The notes beneath the pieces were generated by a model. That model was not told where the DNA came from. It made no database searches and saw only the letters and a program-made list of their open reading frames with translations. The translations under genes were made by a program, and so were the position numbers. This document shows positions 62,261-64,000 of a DNA stretch of 64,000 nt, piece after piece. The first letter of the stretch is position 1; each line of letters starts with the position of its first letter. The stretch is from Candidatus Levyibacteriota bacterium. Its GTDB lineage: Bacteria > Patescibacteriota > Microgenomatia > Levybacterales > GWA1-39-11. The DNA lies in contig JAGORM010000001.1 of NCBI GenBank assembly GCA_018062815.1, positions 16,301-80,300 on the forward strand. Direction: 5' to 3'.

Positions 62261-63349
62261 CTAGAGGATAAAGAGGAAGATGCCTATTCCAAAGGCGACA
62301 ATTAGTCCACTGACTATAGCCAGTGTTGTTTCAACACTTCCGGTAACAGGAAGCGTTGGTGAGGGGCCGGTTGTGATAGTGTCTGCTTGTGCTTGAGAGT
62401 TTGATACCGTAACTGTTTTGGTACATATTACGGTGTCACTCGTATTACCATTCGTATCAGTTAATGTTGAAATGGCGGAATATACTCCTGGGTTGGAATA
62501 AGTGTGTGGGATTTGGATACTTACAGTATTTGTTCCAATTCCGCCTGATGAGGTTGCTTCCTGGTTCGTACCGTCTCCAAAATTTAAACTTACCTTGCTT
62601 ATTTTCGCATTAGGACTTTGCCCGCTTACTCCGAAGGTGAGTGAATATGGTGCAACTCCTGACTGTCCTCCGCTTAAAACCAAGCTTTCGCATATGGGTT
62701 TTGCAGATTGAGTAGATGTTGGAGAAGGACTTACGCTTACGACTATGCTAGGAGTAGGAGTTATGGTTGATGTACTCCCACCATTCCCTATGGTTACCGC
62801 AGCTGTTCCGGTGTCGCTCAGGACGTTTTCAGTTGCCCCGTCGCTTGTCGCAAGTGATAAAGCCTGAGATAGTGGTTTATCAAATTTTACAATCGTTGCG
62901 CCTGTGGTAGTTGCAGCTTTTGCTTTCATGGTTAGTGTTCCTATTTTCGTAATTTCTTGTACTGCCTCTTGAACATTGTTTGTTGTTGAAAGGGAAATAC
63001 TTATAGTTCCGTCTGGATTTGGTTGAGATTTTTTAAGCTCTACGGGAAAGACGTTAGTATTTGGATTTAGTGATACTATCTCTATTTTTTCAGGATCTAC
63101 AGACACAGTCATTTCAACAATTGAAACAATGTTTTGCCCGGGGTCTATCTGAATATCTAGGGTAAATGTTTCACCTACTGTTGTATTTACTGTAGTAGGC
63201 GTAAAGGAAAAAATAGTAGTAGGTGCAGCTTTAGATTGCAGGTTTGTTTGACGGCTTATTACAAAAAGCGTAATCGGAATGACTGCCAAGAGCAATAAAA
63301 TATTTCCAAGGATAAAATATTTATTCTTTAGTATATTCATAATAAGCAA
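62261..63349 (-). CDS. Surface protein with Ig-like/PKD-like beta domains and a C-terminal LPVTG sorting-signal-like motif + TM
   Basis: N-terminal TM or signal sequence. ...TTGPSPTLPVTGSVETTLAIVSGLIVAFGIGIFLFIL C-terminus. Confidence 0.5.
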   Translation of the reverse strand: MLIMNILKNKYFILGNILLLLAVIPITLFVISRQTNLQSKAAPTTIFSFTPTTVNTTVGETFTLDIQIDPGQNIVSIVEMTVSVDPEKIEIVSLNPNTNVFPVELKKSQPNPDGTISISLSTTNNVQEAVQEITKIGTLTMKAKAATTTGATIVKFDKPLSQALSLATSDGATENVLSDTGTAAVTIGNGGSTSTITPTPSIVVSVSPSPTSTQSAKPICESLVLSGGQSGVAPYSLTFGVSGQSPNAKISKVSLNFGDGTNQEATSSGGIGTNTVSIQIPHTYSNPGVYSAISTLTDTNGNTSDTVICTKTVTVSNSQAQADTITTGPSPTLPVTGSVETTLAIVSGLIVAFGIGIFLFIL

Positions 63350-63478
63350 AGCACTAAATACAACCGATGCTTTTCACCTGTATACAAGCGTATCCAATTT
63401 GTAAAGTATTGTCAATCATATGACCTATCTAAAATGATCATAAAAAAAATAATGCTTTAAGGTAATTCACAAAAGGTC

Positions 63479-63507
63479 TTGACAAGACGTTAATTTTTTC
63501 TTAGAAT
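63479..63507 (+). promoter_or_regulatory. Sigma70-type promoter for groES-groEL (TTGACA-17-TAGAAT)
   Basis: -35 TTGACA at 63479-63484, 17-nt spacer, -10 TAGAAT at 63502-63507, about 30 nt upstream of the groES ATG. Confidence 0.45.
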
Positions 63508-63538
63508 TAGCAATCATTACGTCTTATTGACAAAACAT

Positions 63539-63850
63539 ATGGCAAAAGTTGCTTCTATACCAACAAATATAAAACCCCTTTTCGGAAACGTATTAGTTAA
63601 GCCTTTAGGGGCTGAAACTAAAACCGCAAGTGGTATTATTCTTCCGGACCCAGTAAAAGAAAAACCAACAATTGGTGAAATAATGGCGATCGGTGAAGGA
63701 AACATTACTCCAAAAGGAGACAGAGAGCCAATGGTAGTAAAAGTTGGGCAAAAGGTAATGTATAAAAAATGGGGAGGAAATGAGATAAAGGTGGAGAATG
63801 AGGAATGGACAATCGTTGACCAAAAAGATATATTAGCAGTTGTCGAATAG
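63539..63850 (+). CDS. groES: Co-chaperonin GroES
   Basis: MAKVASIPTNIKPLFGNVLVKPLGAETKTASGIILPD... matches GroES. Confidence 0.9.
   Translation: MAKVASIPTNIKPLFGNVLVKPLGAETKTASGIILPDPVKEKPTIGEIMAIGEGNITPKGDREPMVVKVGQKVMYKKWGGNEIKVENEEWTIVDQKDILAVVE

Positions 63851-64000
<150 letters not shown>

Noticed and set aside
63420-63540. CIRCE (HrcA operator) upstream of groES
   Set aside because: I looked for TTAGCACTC-N9-GAGTGCTAA; only a partial inverted repeat (TTGACAAGACGT...ACGTCTTATTGACAA) overlapping the promoter is present. It may be a different operator, but it is not CIRCE.

Overview
AT-rich, densely coding bacterial chromosome segment with standard code 11 (TGA/TAA/TAG all terminate well-conserved genes; TGG Trp is frequent). 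Gene content suggests a small-genome, monoderm-like, possibly CPR/Patescibacteria-type organism; this is inference from gene content, not a search result. Evidence for that reading: class II B12-dependent RNR with NrdR, Ni-SOD, GT39-type glycosyltransferases, VirB2/TrbC-like hairpin pilins and LPxTG-like surface proteins. The window splits into four parts. (1) 1-15.8 kb is an accessory-looking type IV secretion / conjugative-pilus-like locus. It holds a truncated VirB4 ATPase, a VirB3/PrgI-like protein, four tandem VirB2/TrbC-like pilin paralogs (one a 541-aa adhesin-like fusion), an AAA-ATPase/OmpR-wHTH regulator, two giant helical tail-anchored proteins and a VirB6/TrbL-like polytopic protein. 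A separate coupling-protein-like ATPase sits at 28.8-31.2 kb. (2) 16-24 kb carries nrdR-nrdJ-pduO with tandem NrdR boxes, NUDIX, comFC and smpB, followed by a tmRNA gene with its own promoter and terminator. (3) 24-45 kb is a mix. It has cell-envelope proteins (SpoIID/LytB-like, bPH), a tRNA-Ile(UAU), a cluster of three Ser-type tRNAs (one with an ACU anticodon), an ATP-cone/Mrr-nuclease fusion, sodN-sodX, FemAB, pcrA, tpiA and LCP. (4) 45-64 kb has a minus-strand operon of pilN/pilO-like genes, an LPxTG-like Thr/Pro-rich surface protein, an FAD oxidoreductase and three GT39/PMT-like membrane glycosyltransferases, read here as a putative protein O-glycosylation cassette. It is followed by rpsT, murJ, purF-purN-purD, lepA, a second LPxTG-like protein and groES-groEL. 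No CRISPR array, transposase or integrase was seen.
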